A DNA stretch of 64,000 bases from Octopus vulgaris (GCA_951406725.2 OX597822.1:28830001-28894000); one strand, 5' to 3'. Counted from the first letter of the stretch, positions 26,860 through 41,954 are shown. Program-made: numbers and translations. The notes: generated from the sequence alone by a model not told the origin.

Positions 26860-27705
26860 TTACTATAAGTACAAGGTCTGAAATATTTTGGGGAAAGGAA
26901 CTAGCTGATTATATCAACCCCAGTGTTTCACAGGTACTTAATTTATCGACCCCAAAATGATGAAAGGCAAAGTCGACATCAGCGGAATTTGAACTTAGAA
27001 CGCAGCAATGGGCGAAATACCGCTAAGCATTTCGTTCAGCGCGCTAACAATTCTGCCACCTCGCCGCCTTATTTCCTTCTACAATAATGCCTCAAATTTA
27101 GGAAAAGGGATTAAGTTGACCCCAGTGCATATGTGGTACTTGTTTAATTGACCCGAAAGGATGAAAGGCACAGTCGACACACTATCAATTAACCCTGGCG
27201 GAATTTGAACTCAGAATGTAGCAACAGACGAGATCCCTATTTCTATTTCTTTACTACCCACAAGGGGCTAAACACAGAGAGGACAAACAAGGACAGACAA
27301 ACGGATTAAGTCGATTACATCGACCCCAGTGCGTATCTGGTACTTAATTTACCGACCCCGAAAGGATGAAAAGCAAAGTCGACCTCGGCGGAATTTGAAC
27401 TCAGAACGTAACAGCAGACGAAATACGGCTATGCATCTCGCCCGGCGTGCTAACGTTTCAGCCAGCTCGCCGCCTTCAATAATATCCATTTCTTTACTAC
27501 CCACAAGGGGATAAACACAGAAGGGACAAACGGATTAAGTCGATTACATCGACCTCAGTGCATAACTGGTACTTGTTTAATCGACCCCGAAAGGATGAAA
27601 GGCAAAGTCGACCTCGGCGGAATTTGAACTCAGAACGTAGCGGCAGACGAGATACCGCTAAGCACTTTGCCCGGCGTGCTAACGTTTCTACCAGCTCGCT
27701 GCCTT
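26860..27705 (-). mobile_element. Tandem array of about four copies of the tRNA-derived SINE
   Basis: Same body as 6355-6935, at about 26940-27070, 27130-27240, 27240-27477 and 27485-27705. Confidence 0.85.
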
Positions 27706-28364
27706 ATTTCCCTCTATACAAATGGAAACATTTCATTTTAAGTTCGAAGTACTAATGTCTTTTGGGAAGATATAAATGCCATATTTTATCATTTCTGTTA
27801 TATAGATAGCAAGCTTTGATTACAGTTAAAAGAAAAACAAATCCATAGAGTTCAAGTGGCTATTAGTAAAGAGTGAGATGTAGTAAATAAGGAAAACTCT
27901 GCAACCCAGTTTCGATTCCCAATAGAAAGCGTTTTATTTCACTCACTTCATTAATGCCCTTAGAAAATGACTTACATGTTTACCTAAGTCTATCAATTTG
28001 GGGACTGCGTTATGTTAAACAGAGAACAAAACAAAACAAGAAAAAATCAATATCAATATCAATCGTTAAACCTTGCATTAACATCTGTCACCCTGCTTCA
28101 ATAATTACTTTTGCATCAATCGATCAGTGTGTTTATCTTCATTCATGTATCCTGTTGTCCACCCATTGTCACGAACATAATGATTTCCGATAGGGCTTAA
28201 GTAATATAGATGTATCTTTGTATGTATGCTTGTATGCATACATGTATGTGTATATATATATATACACATATATATACACATATATATACATGCATGAGTG
28301 TGCATGCGTATATGTATGTTTGTATAAATGTATCTGTATATATATGTATACATATATATGTATG

Positions 28365-28401
<37 letters not shown>

Positions 28402-29214
28402 ATGCTTGTACGTATGTATTTATGCATGTATGCTTCAATGAATGCTTGTATGCATATATGTGTGTTTGTGTGTTTGTGTGTGTATGCATGTGTGTGTGTA
28501 TCTGTGTGTGCACGCGCGCTTATATGTATGTCCTAGGTTTGACTATAGCATCCGGTATTGGAACTCTGGTTCACGAGTTTCAGGATTTTGAGGAATGTAA
28601 GAGCACCTCTTAGCCACTATTTTTCCCGGCTCTAATCTGACTCAGAGTAGTAGCACCCATCAAGGGTCATAGCTACGGGTTGACTAGCACATGTGATAAT
28701 TCATCTGAGCATGAGGACGCAGAAATACCCTTGGCTGGTTGGCTGGTATCAGGTTACACAGTAGAACCACTAGAAGTGAGGGACCTATTGCTGTTATCAC
28801 AGCATCCTTCCAGGAGAGGGAAATTCTGATGTAAAACCTGCGGTTTCACGTGATTACAGTCAAACCTAGGACCCTACTATAGTGTGTAGTCGACATGATG
28901 ACTGAAAAAGTGATTCTCGTGTTATACAATCATTTATAAATATAATCTAACGACAGATGTCTCTTTATGGTGACCTCACCTGTCATCCCATCTACTGGAA
29001 GTCCTTTGGAAATAGAAGAGTGGCGATGAATGCAGATCTAACCAGCTGTTAGCGCACAGTAAGTGAGAACTCTCTTTGACATCAAATGCAGATATGCAAC
29101 GGGATTGGACAGTCATTTGAGAGGTCATGAATGGGAAATCAGAATGGCTATTGACAATGAGAAAACACAAGGAGACGGAAATCATTTGTGAAGATGGAGC
29201 AATAAATATGTGCC

Positions 29215-30070
29215 GGGTGCTGTGAATTTATTGTCATCTAAATTATGCAAAAATGAAAATAACACTGACATCTCATTTTTAACACATATATTTACCAAAA
29301 TTACATAAAAATATCTTGAAATACTAAGGAGTAAATTTATTCAATAAAATCGCCACTCGCTCCAACCACGGCTTCTAGACGACTTCGGAATCTCCTGCAA
29401 CTCTTCCGGGTGGTCTCCTTGTTTAAGTTGGGGAATGCTGCCGTAATCTTTGCCTTCAGTTCATGTTTTCGTGTTACAAGGAGTTTTGTTGGTATTTCCC
29501 CCTCAACTGTGCCCTACACATAATAAACAAGGGGTTGCAGTTAAGTGTCCAGATGTTTGTGGAGATGTGATCGCAGAAATTGTCTGGCAGCCACGACTGG
29601 GTTCTCTTGCTGTGTGGCATGGTGCAGAGTACTGTTGCCAGACATAGGGTCTTCCAGCAGCCACCTTCTTGTCCCAGAGCAGCACTACCTCCTCATGACA
29701 CGTAGTGTAGGCCTCCGTGCTGAGTGTGAGACCGTGTGGGAAGATGAATGGTGGCATAACGTTGCCATCACTAGTGATCACTCCATGACTGGATGTTTAA
29801 TTTTTATCACTTTCGGTACATGTTTTGGGAACACAGCAAGCCAACGGTTGTTCTGTGTGTTCACCATCTGTTCATAATGGAGCTTCTGGCGCGAATACCA
29901 AGCAGTACAACATGTCATTTCTGACAGAGTGAACTGATCATGGTGCTGTTTTTGTCACCGACGTTACCCAGCTGACCCTACTATAGTGTGTAGTCGACAA
30001 AATCAAAAGCAAACTATGTGAGAGAAATTTAAAATATAAAATGGCAACAATTTACCCATTGCACCTTGTA
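29215..30070 (-). mobile_element. Tc1/mariner-superfamily remnant, probably maT/DD37D-like
   Basis: ITSDGNVMPPFIFPHGL...YVWQQYSAPCHTA (degenerate QQDSAPCH); weak terminal inverted similarity. A piece recurs at about 28870-28895. Confidence 0.7.
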
Positions 30071-30654
30071 TGTATGCATGTATGTATGTCATTATTCAGT
30101 TTATTTCAAGATTTCTTGCCAATAGAGAAAGAACTGGTTTCTAACATTTCGCAGAATTTTCTAGATTTACTGGACACAAATTGTATTCTATTACCAGATA
30201 CAATTACGTCTGGGGTGCCAAATTTTGCGAACAATTCGTGTAAAAAACATATTACCGTTTCGGAGGTTGGCACTTAACAATTTCCAGCCATTTTGTAAAA
30301 CTGTCGACTACTATTAAATAGTAATAACCATTTAACGGACCCACAAAATCGATATGCAGTCTGGACCATGGACTTTTTACTTCTGGCCAAGGATCCCACT
30401 TTTGAGTAGGCAATTTCGCTTCCAGAGCGTTTATTATGTGTTTAATTCATTATATGTTTAATTTTCCCTTCAGTTCTTGGGGCTGCTATTACTGTGTCCT
30501 CGAATGGTTCGCCATTTTTGGATATTAACTTGGATAGGCCGTCAGTATGTCCTAGCCTTTTCGAAGGTAAATATTCCATTGCGTAGTCGTAGATTAGTTG
30601 TATGGTGCCCCATCGCTGCAACCTGTTTGCTGTATGTACTGGGTTATAGTGCTA

Positions 30655-30668
30655 GTAATAATAATAAC

Positions 30669-30743
<75 letters not shown>

Positions 30744-30752
30744 CAATAATAA
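30655..30752. repeat. (AAT)n microsatellite
   Basis: Directly visible. Confidence 0.95.
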
Positions 30753-30759
30753 ACAATGA

Positions 30760-31960
30760 TTTCTTTTATTTGCCACCAGGGCGAAGGATGAAGAGCACAA
30801 TACAAAGACAGACATAAAGTGTGGGGGTTAACATACATTAGAATGATAAGAAATGAAGAAAGAAAAGTATACACGGTATACAATAAAAGAAGGGAACTAT
30901 ACAAACTATACGACAGTGAGAGAGAGGAGGGAAGAGGATGATGATATGGTCCTCATGATACAGGAGGACTTCTAGGGATAATCGAGGAACCCCACCGTCC
31001 AAGAACTCCGTAAATACAAAGGATAAGTGCCCTCTCCAATTTCTTTACTTCGACTCACAGGTCTACACTTAGAGCGGTATCATCCATTCTAGTCATTTTC
31101 GCAACTTTCACTCGAGGACAGCACCTCTCTCTTCACCCACACTTTCCTTTCCAAGTGAAACTTGAAAACGTCGATGAGGGCTCTACAAAAGGGGAATGTC
31201 TTTTTCTTCATTCCTTTCAACCACGTCCACCAGACGACCTCTTTCACCACAGCCACTAGGCAAAGGAAAACTGCCTTGCCTGCCCGATTAAAGGAGGGTA
31301 GTGGGGCAGCCATCACTACTGACTCAGCCGACAGACGGATCCGTTCCACATGTGACAGCAGCTGTTCGACATAACTCCACAAGTCAGCAATGCCCGGTCA
31401 GTGAACGAATGCATGCAGAACGACTTCGTCACTTTGCGCGCACCTCGCACGAGGTCGTCTGACAGCACATCCATGCCTGTAGAGTTTATCTCGAACCAGT
31501 GGTGCCTCCACCCCACCCCGGTAGCACTGCTAGGCCAAAGACATCTGGAAATTATCCATAATAGTCCTTGACCGAAAGTTCTCCGGAACAAACTAGCTAG
31601 TTCATTTTCATCGACGCCTAGGTTTTTTCTGAGAACGTCGTCGCACTTCTCTGCTACTAATTCTTTATATATATAGCTAAAGTGGAACATGCACCGATCC
31701 TATTACTCGACTGGTAGAAGACAGTGAGCGCCTGATTCTAGGTGCCAGGTGCCCAGTCTCGGTCTATCTTTCGCCCAGGACTGCGGCTCCGTCAAAGAGA
31801 TGAGCTGCAGAAAGGAGTGTCTCATGTACGGATCCCACACACGTTCACTGTCCAGAAATCGTTGCAGGGGGCGCAACTTGAATCTGTATCAGCACATAAA
31901 AAGCCATGGCATGCCTAAGCCGCCACACAGAGGGAACTGATAATCAAGTAGTAACTGGGG
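30760..31960 (-). mobile_element. Tx1/L1-clade LINE 3' fragment ending in (ATT)n
   Basis: WSYVEQLL...LSAESVV...FLCLVAVVKEVVWW...FKFHLERKV, an ORF2 C-terminus after the zinc finger; the UTR ends GGCAAATAAAAGAAA next to the microsatellite. Confidence 0.7.
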
Positions 31961-32262
31961 CAAGGCACGGCGGTCAGGTGTTAAATTATATAGATGTGTA
32001 GTAGATTAAATCAAGGTAATTATTTTAATCAACGTTGAAATGATGACAATCGCAGTCGGCAGTAACAAAAAAGTACATGGTGTTTTGTCCAATATACAAT
32101 TGTTCTTGTTATAATATTGCATAACATAATAATATTTTTTTAAAAAAGATGCGGTGACAGACGTCTGTACATATACAGGTAATTCCTTCCTTAATTGAGG
32201 ACGTGGGGAAACGAAATCGTCAATGCCTTATAAAAGAGGAAGCTGTACGTGAAATTTCTCCT

Positions 32263-32321
<59 letters not shown>

Positions 32322-32341
32322 CTCTCTCTCTCTCTCTCTCA

Positions 32342-32375
<34 letters not shown>

Positions 32376-34025
32376 CTCTGTTATTGGAGGCACTGAATGT
32401 CTGACAACACATGATCATTTTGCTTTATAAAATCATAATTCCTCAATTACCTGCGAACATTTCATATTCATTAGCAGTATCCTAAAATATTCTTCTAGTG
32501 TCAGACATTATATATCATCTACATTATTCATATTAATAGATAAACATCTGCTTGTCATTGAATTCGTATTATTACAAACCTCTGTAAACACGGCTTACTC
32601 AATCAAAGCCGAACATAACAAACGATAAATTATGAATCTGAGAAATGAAATTTTTTATTTACATTGCTAAAATATCTTTGGCAAATTACCGCCCATTTAT
32701 CAATAACAATTTGGTTGATATTTCCTTCTTAATTAATATATCATCTAATGATAATGATTTCTTTTGTTAGGCTTGTGAGCTTTCAATTAACTACGAAGGT
32801 GTTTACTATAAGTGAAACAAGAAAACAAAAATAACAAAAGAAAATCAAAGCATAGAGTAGTTAAATTCGATTTCACCCAGTTATCGAACAGATTTTCGTC
32901 CGGCTGCTAAAACGAATGCGTAGAAGAAAATGAAAGCAACTTTGCCATTCTAACCAATTTGAAACGGGTGGTTAAATATCTTTGTATTCACAAGTAAGAA
33001 ATTTATGTTTTCCTTTAATGTTAAACATTTTAGCTCATTATGTTAATTTATGATTGAATCTAAAGTATAAACAGAGAATGAAATTCACCTTTTCAAATGT
33101 ATAAGCATCCTCCAACTATATTGTTGCAGAATTTAATTTTCTTCCTTTTGTGTTTCTGATTTTGAATCCCAGTGGTAACTATTTCTGGTGCTGCCTCTAT
33201 CGATCATTGTTTATGATTTTATTGTTAACCACAGATCAAATTTAATCGAGCAAACCTATTATCAATATCATTCCAATCTTTTTGATTATTATCTTGGACT
33301 ACATTTTCCACTGTATCCTTCCGTTTTAAGATTTAATTTGGGATTTAATTTGAGAGAGATTTGGTTTCTATTTCTAATAGACCGTAGAATGTTCTATCGT
33401 TAGATAAGGTTGTCACAGTCTCGGAAGTGAGATGAGTGAATGTAAATGCTGTAAAACTTAATTCAAAGCAATAATCTTTTAGAATTTTCTTCTATTGTGG
33501 CTTCAATCGACCGGACAGTGTATACGGGAGTGTACGCCAGATTTTTACGACTAGAGGCATGCAAGGTAGATCTGGTGTTGAAGCTGACCTTTGGCTTATT
33601 TTACCTTTGCAGCACAGTATGAGCAGAGACTGAGCTCCAAAGTGACTAGAAACTATGAGTGAATGGGCAGAGACTTTATAGACATTGGTGTTTTTAATTA
33701 CCCTAGACGACCTTGGTTTCAGATAGAAATGCAATTATACCGTTGGTGCAGTGCCGAATGCTTATCCGTTATACGTATGACAGTAAAATCTACTTGATGG
33801 ATTTTTACTCTAGAGAGCGGACAGCAGCAGAACTAGCAACAACACCAAAAACTAGAATTAGACACTGCTATTCCAGAACACTCATCCCAGTATCAAGGAT
33901 AACCGTAAACCTCGCCTCGTCCTCAATGCTAGAAGCCGACGACCTCAGGCCCTTCTCAACCAGGTGCAACAAGTAACACTATTCATTCTCTTGAGGCAAT
34001 AAGAACATGTCTAATGAAAAGATGG

Positions 34026-34150
34026 AAAACTGTCAGGGACAAGTGAACAAAACAATTAACTCGCTAAAAAATAAAACAACCTGACAAAACTGTCGGGGAC
34101 AAGTGAACAAAACAATTAACTCGCTAAAAAATAAAACAACCTGACAAAAC
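34026..34150. repeat. 60-bp tandem duplication
   Basis: AAAACTGTC(A/G)GGGACAAGTGAACAAAACAATTAACTCGCTAAAAAATAAAACAACCTGAC occurs twice. Confidence 0.9.
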
Positions 34151-34574
34151 CGAGCAAAACTTGTGAAGTGGAGACAATCATCGGGGATCTTGGAAGTTCC
34201 CGGTGCTTTGTATCGCCAACAACTGTTTTAACGTCTTGCTGGGAACAGAAATGATGAGGTCCATATTAAGGAAATCGGTTTCGACTTTGTGGAACATACA
34301 AGTGATCGCTAATAGAAACCTGACCCCTTCCTTAACTATTCCAATATCTTAATTGCTCGCGAGAAATTTGGAGAGGGAGTGATTATTTTGCGTATCTGAT
34401 TATGGAATAGATGGGAGCTTAACGTGACCAGAGTTCTGATGCAGTCTGAGCTAGAATTTCTACCGTGTGAGGGTGAGGTGAGCTATTAGTTACTTGTGCG
34501 TGTTTTGTTTTTATAAATCTTTCCCTTATACTGTATGTTTGTAAGTTGGTATTTAATTATTGATGTATCCTGAT

Positions 34575-35881
34575 TGCGGTGAGCTGGCAGAACTGTTAGC
34601 ATGCTGGGCAAAATGCTTAGCGGCGTTTCGTCCGTCTTTAAGTTCTGAGTTCAATTTCCACCGAGGTCGACTTTACCTTTCATCCTTTCGAGGGCGATGA
34701 ATGAAATAAGTACCAGTTGAACATCGGGGTCGATGTAATCAACTAACCCCTCCCTCAGCAATTCTAGGCCTTGTGCCTATTGAAGAAAAAAAGGATTATT
34801 GATATACCTTTATTCACTTAGGCTTCCCCTACCCTGTGTGTGTTTTCAGTCATAACTCTTTTCCTTATGCTGTGTGTTTGTAAATATTCATTTATTTTGT
34901 GTAATTTTTAAAACCTAGACACACCTCAACATATTGCTTAATATCTTGACCCTCCCCACAAAAGCGACGAGCTGGCATAAACGTTAGCGGCATTTCGTCC
35001 GTCTGAGTTCAAATGCCACCGAGGTTGATTTTGCTTTTCATTCTTTCAGGAACGATAAAATAAGTACCAGTTGAGCACTGGGGTCGATGTAATCGACTTA
35101 CACACTCACCCGAAATTGCTAGCCCTGTGCCAAAATTTGAAACCAAAATCTTGACCCGCCCATCCTTTTTGTATAAATTTGTATATCCTTACCCATTTTT
35201 GTAAAATTTGTGACAGGTTTTTGCATGTACGAATGAACGCTTGTGGCAATAAAACTATGAAATATTCTGCAAGACTGTTTAGAGCGTCGGAAAAAATAGC
35301 GCAACGTACTTTTCCAACAATATACGCTCTGAGTTCAAATTCCACCGAAGTCAACCGTACCTTTCGTTCATGACGGTTCGATAAAATATCGTATCAATCA
35401 ATGCTATGGACTAACCCCGTCCCTAAAAATTGCTGTCCTTTCGCCTAAATTCTAAACAGCTAAAATTTTTACACATTCAGACAAAATACTTACTGGCATA
35501 TCTAGTGGTTCTACGTTTTGAAAAGAAATATCGTCTAGAATGCCTTTGCCTTTCATCCTTTCACGATCGATTTACAAGTACTGGAGTCGATGTAATCGAT
35601 TAACACCTTCTCTGAAATTGCTGGCCTTGTGCCAAAGATCTGAAATCATTGTTATTAGTATTATTTAAGCGGCTAGCTGATAGAATAGTTGGCACACCGG
35701 GCAAAATGCTTAGCGGTATTTCGTCTGCCGCCACATTTTGAGCTCAAATTTCACCGAGGTCTACTTTACCCTTCATCCTTTCGGGGTTGCTAAATGAAGT
35801 ACCAGTGAAACACTGGAGTCAATGTAATCGACTAGTTCCCTCTCCCAAAATTTGAGGCCTTGTACCTATAGTAGAAAGGAA

Positions 35882-35882
<1 letters not shown>
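34575..35882 (+). mobile_element. Cluster of about five tRNA-derived SINE copies
   Basis: GAGCTGGCAGAA...GAGTTCAA...GAGGTCGACTTT.CCTTTCATCCTTTC at about 34575, 34965, 35330, 35540 and 35670. Confidence 0.85.
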
Positions 35883-35941
<59 letters not shown>

Positions 35942-35945
<4 letters not shown>

Positions 35946-36260
35946 TAATTAATTATATTTTTATAGCGTGCTTTCACTTCACTACCGAGCACAGCTCTGT
36001 GTGCCTTAGGTATGTGCTGTGATTTGTTGTGATGCTCTGATGGTTATTGTATGGAAAGTGTTCTGCGTAGGATGTGTGCAGTGCCTAATAGTGCAATTTT
36101 CTGTATGTTATATGTGTTTGTAAGTCCTGGTGTTTTTGTTATGTATTTGTCTGAATATTTTTTTTATCATGCCTAATGCACCTACTATGATAGGAATTGT
36201 TTCTGTTTTTAGATTCCACATTCTGGTTACCTCTATTTCCAGGTCTTTGTATTTTGAAAT
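35942..36260 (-). mobile_element. 5'-truncated Dong-like (R4 clade) element inserted in (TAA)n
   Basis: SKYKDLEIEVTRMWNLKTETIPIIVGALGMIKK (RLE C-terminus) plus 3' UTR, with (TTA)n arrays on both sides. TAA-repeat targeting is established for Dong. Confidence 0.8.
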
Positions 36261-36338
<78 letters not shown>

Positions 36339-36339
36339 T

Positions 36340-37600
36340 AAGACTTCGCACGATATCCAATATTGTGATGTTGTTGATTGAAGATATTGTGTCCCAGAAG
36401 ATTTTGCCTTCTCCTTTTCGTCCATTAACTTTCTCGGTGTATGTTGGTACTAAGCACCCGTTACCTCGTATCTATACTTCCAGCATAGTAGCCAGTGAAG
36501 GTTTTGGGCTGCCTTGTCGTGTCTATGCTTGTACTCTTTCAGCGCATGTCTTTCACGAGCACTAACAATGTAAGTTACGCTTTCGACCCTCTTCTCACAC
36601 ATTCTGCATAAATTCGTTGCACTTATGTGGTATATACCGCTTTTCACTGAGTTTGTATTCAATGCCTGATCCTCGGCAGCGGTGATTAGGTTTTCAGTCT
36701 TGTCTTCTAGATTACCTTTGCTGAGCCACCTCTATGACGCTTCCTGATCTTTTAAGTTGTTAGTTTCACGGTGGAACTGACCTTGTAATTTCATGTGGAG
36801 TAGAGCTCCTTTTTTCTCGTTGGCTATTTGTAATCAGAATTCACGAGCACTCTCAAGTCCATTTTTGGTAGTTCCTTCTGTATTAGCTGCATACTGTAAC
36901 ATGTCTTGTTTGTTGTTTACTAAATATTCTGCCATGTTTCTTCTTTCACTGTTGATACACTTCCGTACGCTAATCAGCCCACGTTCACCTTTACACCTCT
37001 TAGTATAGAGGCTGTGCACGTTCACTTTGGTGCGGAGGGCATCCTGCATTTTCATCGTCTTTCAGGTAGTGCAATCAAGTTGGTTAATCTCCACTTGTGT
37101 ACATTTCAGGCTGGGTGCACTATAGCGAACTACAGCAACAGTCCATATGTTGATGGTAGTCACAAGGTTCCTTGAGTTGAGTTTTGATTTCAAGAGAAAT
37201 TTGAGGCGCTCCAGATATGGAGTGATGACCTTGTCTTTCATTTCTCTGTGCAAGATATTGTCCAACTCCAGGATCCCAAGGTACTTGTACGCATCATCAT
37301 TCGGGTCTTCCATTCTCTATCCGTTTGACAATTCTATTCCCCTACAATTGGCTCTTTTCCCCCCGTTTCAAAGTGAGCACCGCTCACTTCGAAATACCGA
37401 ATTCCATCCCAATATCCTTGCTGCACATCTGTACAGTCTCAACCAGCCTCTCCATTTCAGGCTGTTTTTTGCGAACAGTTTTAAATCATCCATGAAGAGA
37501 GGGTGGTTGAAACGAGGTCTATTCTTTCTCAGCTCATAGTGTGCCTTGACTTTGCGTCACACTACAGAAAGTGGGATCAAGGCTATAACAAATAACAAAA
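36340..37600 (-). mobile_element. R4/Dong-clade fragment; longer inverted homologue of 24610-25365
   Basis: LFMDDLKLF (about 37490), YKYLGILE, MKMQDALRTKVNVHSLYTKRCKGERGLISV, CRMC...ESVTYIVS...RHDKAAQNLHW. Confidence 0.85.
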
Positions 37601-37701
37601 GTGAACTATTCATATACGGCAACATTGCTATAAAATCACTGAACGATTCGTTATATATGTCTGGATTTTAAGCGCTGTAGGAGTGTACGTCTAGAAGGCA
37701 T

Positions 37702-38405
<704 letters not shown>

Positions 38406-38789
38406 TCCATCCGGTTGCGCTCAAATTTGATATTAGATACCGACGGTATCAGGGCGTGTATAAGTCTTGAAAAAATTACAAAAAGTTCAAGTGAGAATGC
38501 GATCGATAAAGCCGTGGGAAATTGTTTTTCTTTGGAATAGAAAAAAGTCTATCTCTTTTCTTCTTTTGCTGGTGTCTCAAATTTAGGTTAAATCAGTGTT
38601 TCTCAAAGGGGAGGCCTATGAGACGGTCGGACAAGTTGTTTTGAGAAAATTTGGTTTAAATGTTTGACAACTCAGCACCGTCCATTGGACGGGGGGGGGG
38701 CGTTTTGCTCGTATACAAATAAATATGATAAATGCTCATGCACCTCTGTATGAGTACAAATGTATAAAAATGCACCTCACATAGGGAGA

Positions 38790-39660
38790 ACCGTATGTTT
38801 ACAGTGGGTAGACAGCTGATTCATTTAACATTCGTTGTCGTAACCATGTCGCCAGCTTTAAGAGAATCAATAAGAGACGTTCAACATCTTTGGCTGATTC
38901 TGTATGGCGACTGAAGGAGGATAAAATTAAGTACAACATAACTTGGTCTATAGTAAGGCACGCGAAACCATACAGCATCATTTCCAGATGCCGTCTCTGC
39001 TCCGAAGAATCCCTGTCTATTCTGTGGACCAATGAGAAGATCATTAATAGAATTTCTGAAAGTCTCTCAAGATGCCTACACGCATATAAATGTACTTTCG
39101 CTCAATGCAGTGGGAATGAATTTGAGTAACTGTTAACATAACTTACTTTAAGGTACGGCTAAATTAAGCTTAGTTTTAACCTCCCCATTCTTATAAACAC
39201 CAAGCAGCTATTTAACTAGCTTTCTTATCGTGAGTCCACCAAACCATACGTGTGTGTGTGCTTATATGTCTGCGGATGCTTGTATGAACGAATGTACACG
39301 CGCCATGCAGCTTGCGCAAGGGCGTTTATACATCCATATTTGTTAACGATTATTTTTAATATTTTCCTCGCTGTATTGCGTGTTCGTTTCATTTTTTGCA
39401 TCTGTGATTTTATTTTTGATCTTCTATGTAAATGAAGATATTTCCTTCGTTTTGCTGCTTTTCTTTCTACGAAATGAGAAGATACATTGTGGGACTGTTA
39501 TTTTAACGAGTTGTGTCTATTTATCACCCGACGAAATACATCTGCACCGCTGGGTAACAGTTGTTAAGTGTCTCACCCGTGAGGGAGCGATGCTAAATGT
39601 TTCGAAATAATTAAAATTAATAATAAATTTTCATATATTCTACCTTCCGCCTTTCATTTA
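38790..39660 (+). mobile_element. Penelope-like element 3' fragment (GIY-YIG endonuclease)
   Basis: YSG*TADSFNIRCRNHVASF...STSLADSVWRLK...ITWSI...RCRLCSEE...INRISE...CLH, the PLE GIY-YIG C-terminal pattern. Confidence 0.75.
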
Positions 39661-39673
39661 CCATATATATGCA

Positions 39674-39707
<34 letters not shown>

Positions 39708-39739
39708 CCTACCTACCCATCTATCTATCTATCTATCTA

Positions 39740-40070
39740 GGACAGTGAAAAAGGATAGTGTAGGTTGTCCACAATTCCATATAGTCAGCTACACAGACCA
39801 CACTTGTACACTTGACTTAGATAAGACACATAGGCAGAGTCCCGGTTACTGGAAGCTGAACGCGTCGTTCACGGCACGCCAGGCTTACAGGGACCGGATT
39901 AGCACATTAGTTAAGAGAGCATTGACGGGTGCCATCGTCAACAACAGATGGTGGTAAACTCTAAATGCGAGCTCTGAGGAACGAAAGAGTTGGAGCCGCC
40001 CGAGAGGCTCGAGTGGCGAAGGCGCAACGAGGCAACAGAGCCACCATTAGGTCAATTACAGATGAACATT
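39740..40070 (+). mobile_element. Tx1/L1 ORF2 fragment following (TATC)n
   Basis: SYTDH...PGYWKLNASF, the end of the APE domain. Confidence 0.7.
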
Positions 40071-40625
40071 ACCCAGCCCTAGCTAAAGCAACATTATAAT
40101 AAGTTGCATGTGATTCGGAAATTTTATTGTTAGCGGATAATCTAGAAATTCTTGTAGAAATACTCTTAACTAATCACCTATTATTGAGAAAGGATGGTTG
40201 AATGCTACATTTATGTATTTAATATGATCACTTGGCTTATGAAATGGTTCAAATAATCTAGTATCAAGACATAAGGTAGCGTCAAAAAATTTATTCTACG
40301 ATAATCCTTTCCCATAGTAATGTTTCATCCTAATTTTTTTTTAATCTAAAGAGATTTTCTATGCCTTTGTAGTAGTACTTTACTACTCCTGTCCAGAAAA
40401 AATAATGCGTCATTCCTATATAGACCCTGTTACTTCCGGAAAGAAATACTGGATTACTGAAAGGATATAGGTAGGTCTGTTACCTATGGCCATTCAGGTA
40501 ACAGACCTATTAGGGAGGTCTGTTACCTGTACAGAGTCAGATGACCCCATTGCTATATCAAAAGCATTCTCCCTATCTAATCTACTCTATATGCATATAT
40601 ATACATACCTATATATATATGTGTT

Positions 40626-40667
<42 letters not shown>

Positions 40668-40674
40668 TATAAAC

Positions 40675-40706
<32 letters not shown>

Positions 40707-41414
40707 ATATATACATATATATATATGTATTATGTACATATACATATATATGTATGTATGTATGTGTATATACATATATATATATGTATATATGTCTGTA
40801 TGTCTGTATATATACATACATATATATATATATACATACATACATACATACATACATACATACATACATACATACATGTGTATATCTTTATATATCTTAA
40901 ACAAATAAGATTTCTGACGTAAGCACGAGGCCCTACATATATTTAATAAGGAAGGTGTCAATTGAATTATTGAATTAAAGATTTAACAGAACTAGTAATT
41001 TACTAGTACTTTAGTCTATTGTCCTCGGAAAAGGAAATGTGAAGGTGGCGTATGTTTTTCTATTGCGCAAAATCCAGATTTCCTCTGGGACGTTACGCTT
41101 AAGAAGATCGAGGTGTCTACAGCGTTACGCACCGTCAAATGTTTCTTATGCAGGTAGGTTCATTTACACGCTTCTTACTCCTATCTTCTCGCTTTTCTGT
41201 ACTAAACTTCACTTTCTGTCGTCTTATTACATAATCCCACCTGCGCCGAATTGGCTTTCTATCTCACTGAATGATGTGAGGCAGACTGGATAAGATCGAC
41301 TATAAACCACATTTACCTCTGAATCGTTAAACAACACAATCAGACAGCGATACGTTCGTCGAGCTGTCGTTCTCATTTATAAAATCATAACTTAAACTCG
41401 TTACCCTTTCCTAT

Positions 41415-41592
41415 ATGCGCAGAATCGGCTGTGCAGTTAAGACATTCGCTTTGAACCCATAAAGATCGTGGTCCAGTGCCGGGCAAGCATCTCCCACTGT
41501 GACTCCAGGTCAAAGATTGCCGTGTGATTGAAATTGGTAAGAGGAAACTGTGTGAAAGCACAAGATGTATACTGTATAATATATGAATATGC

Positions 41593-41673
<81 letters not shown>

Positions 41674-41850
41674 CGTACGTGCGTGTGTGATTGCTCCTCA
41701 ACGATTTCACAACTTGTGTTGATTTGTTTACATACAAATTGGCGACTCGTCAAAAAAGAACAATATAACTAGTTACACACAGAGAAAACCGTTCAAGGGT
41801 GTACGCCAGAGTGACTGAATTGCAATGATTAATGCAAGTAAATGAATTTA
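41415..41850 (+). mobile_element. Degenerate SINE with internal (GT)n, upstream of GPCR-2
   Basis: Degenerate tRNA-like head, GGAAACTGTGTGAAAGC before the (GT)n, and a tail similar to 50100-50320. Confidence 0.5.
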
Positions 41851-41954
41851 AAAACACTAATGAAATGTCTTTAAAAAAATATTACACTCACCAAATTGTA
41901 ATACACATTTGCTTAAGCAAATTCATTACTAATTACTGAGGGTAAAATATCGTC

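Noticed and set aside
33690-34020. Possible L1/Tx1 endonuclease fragment on the minus strand
   Set aside because: Only a weak DEARFTVILD resemblance; too degenerate to call.
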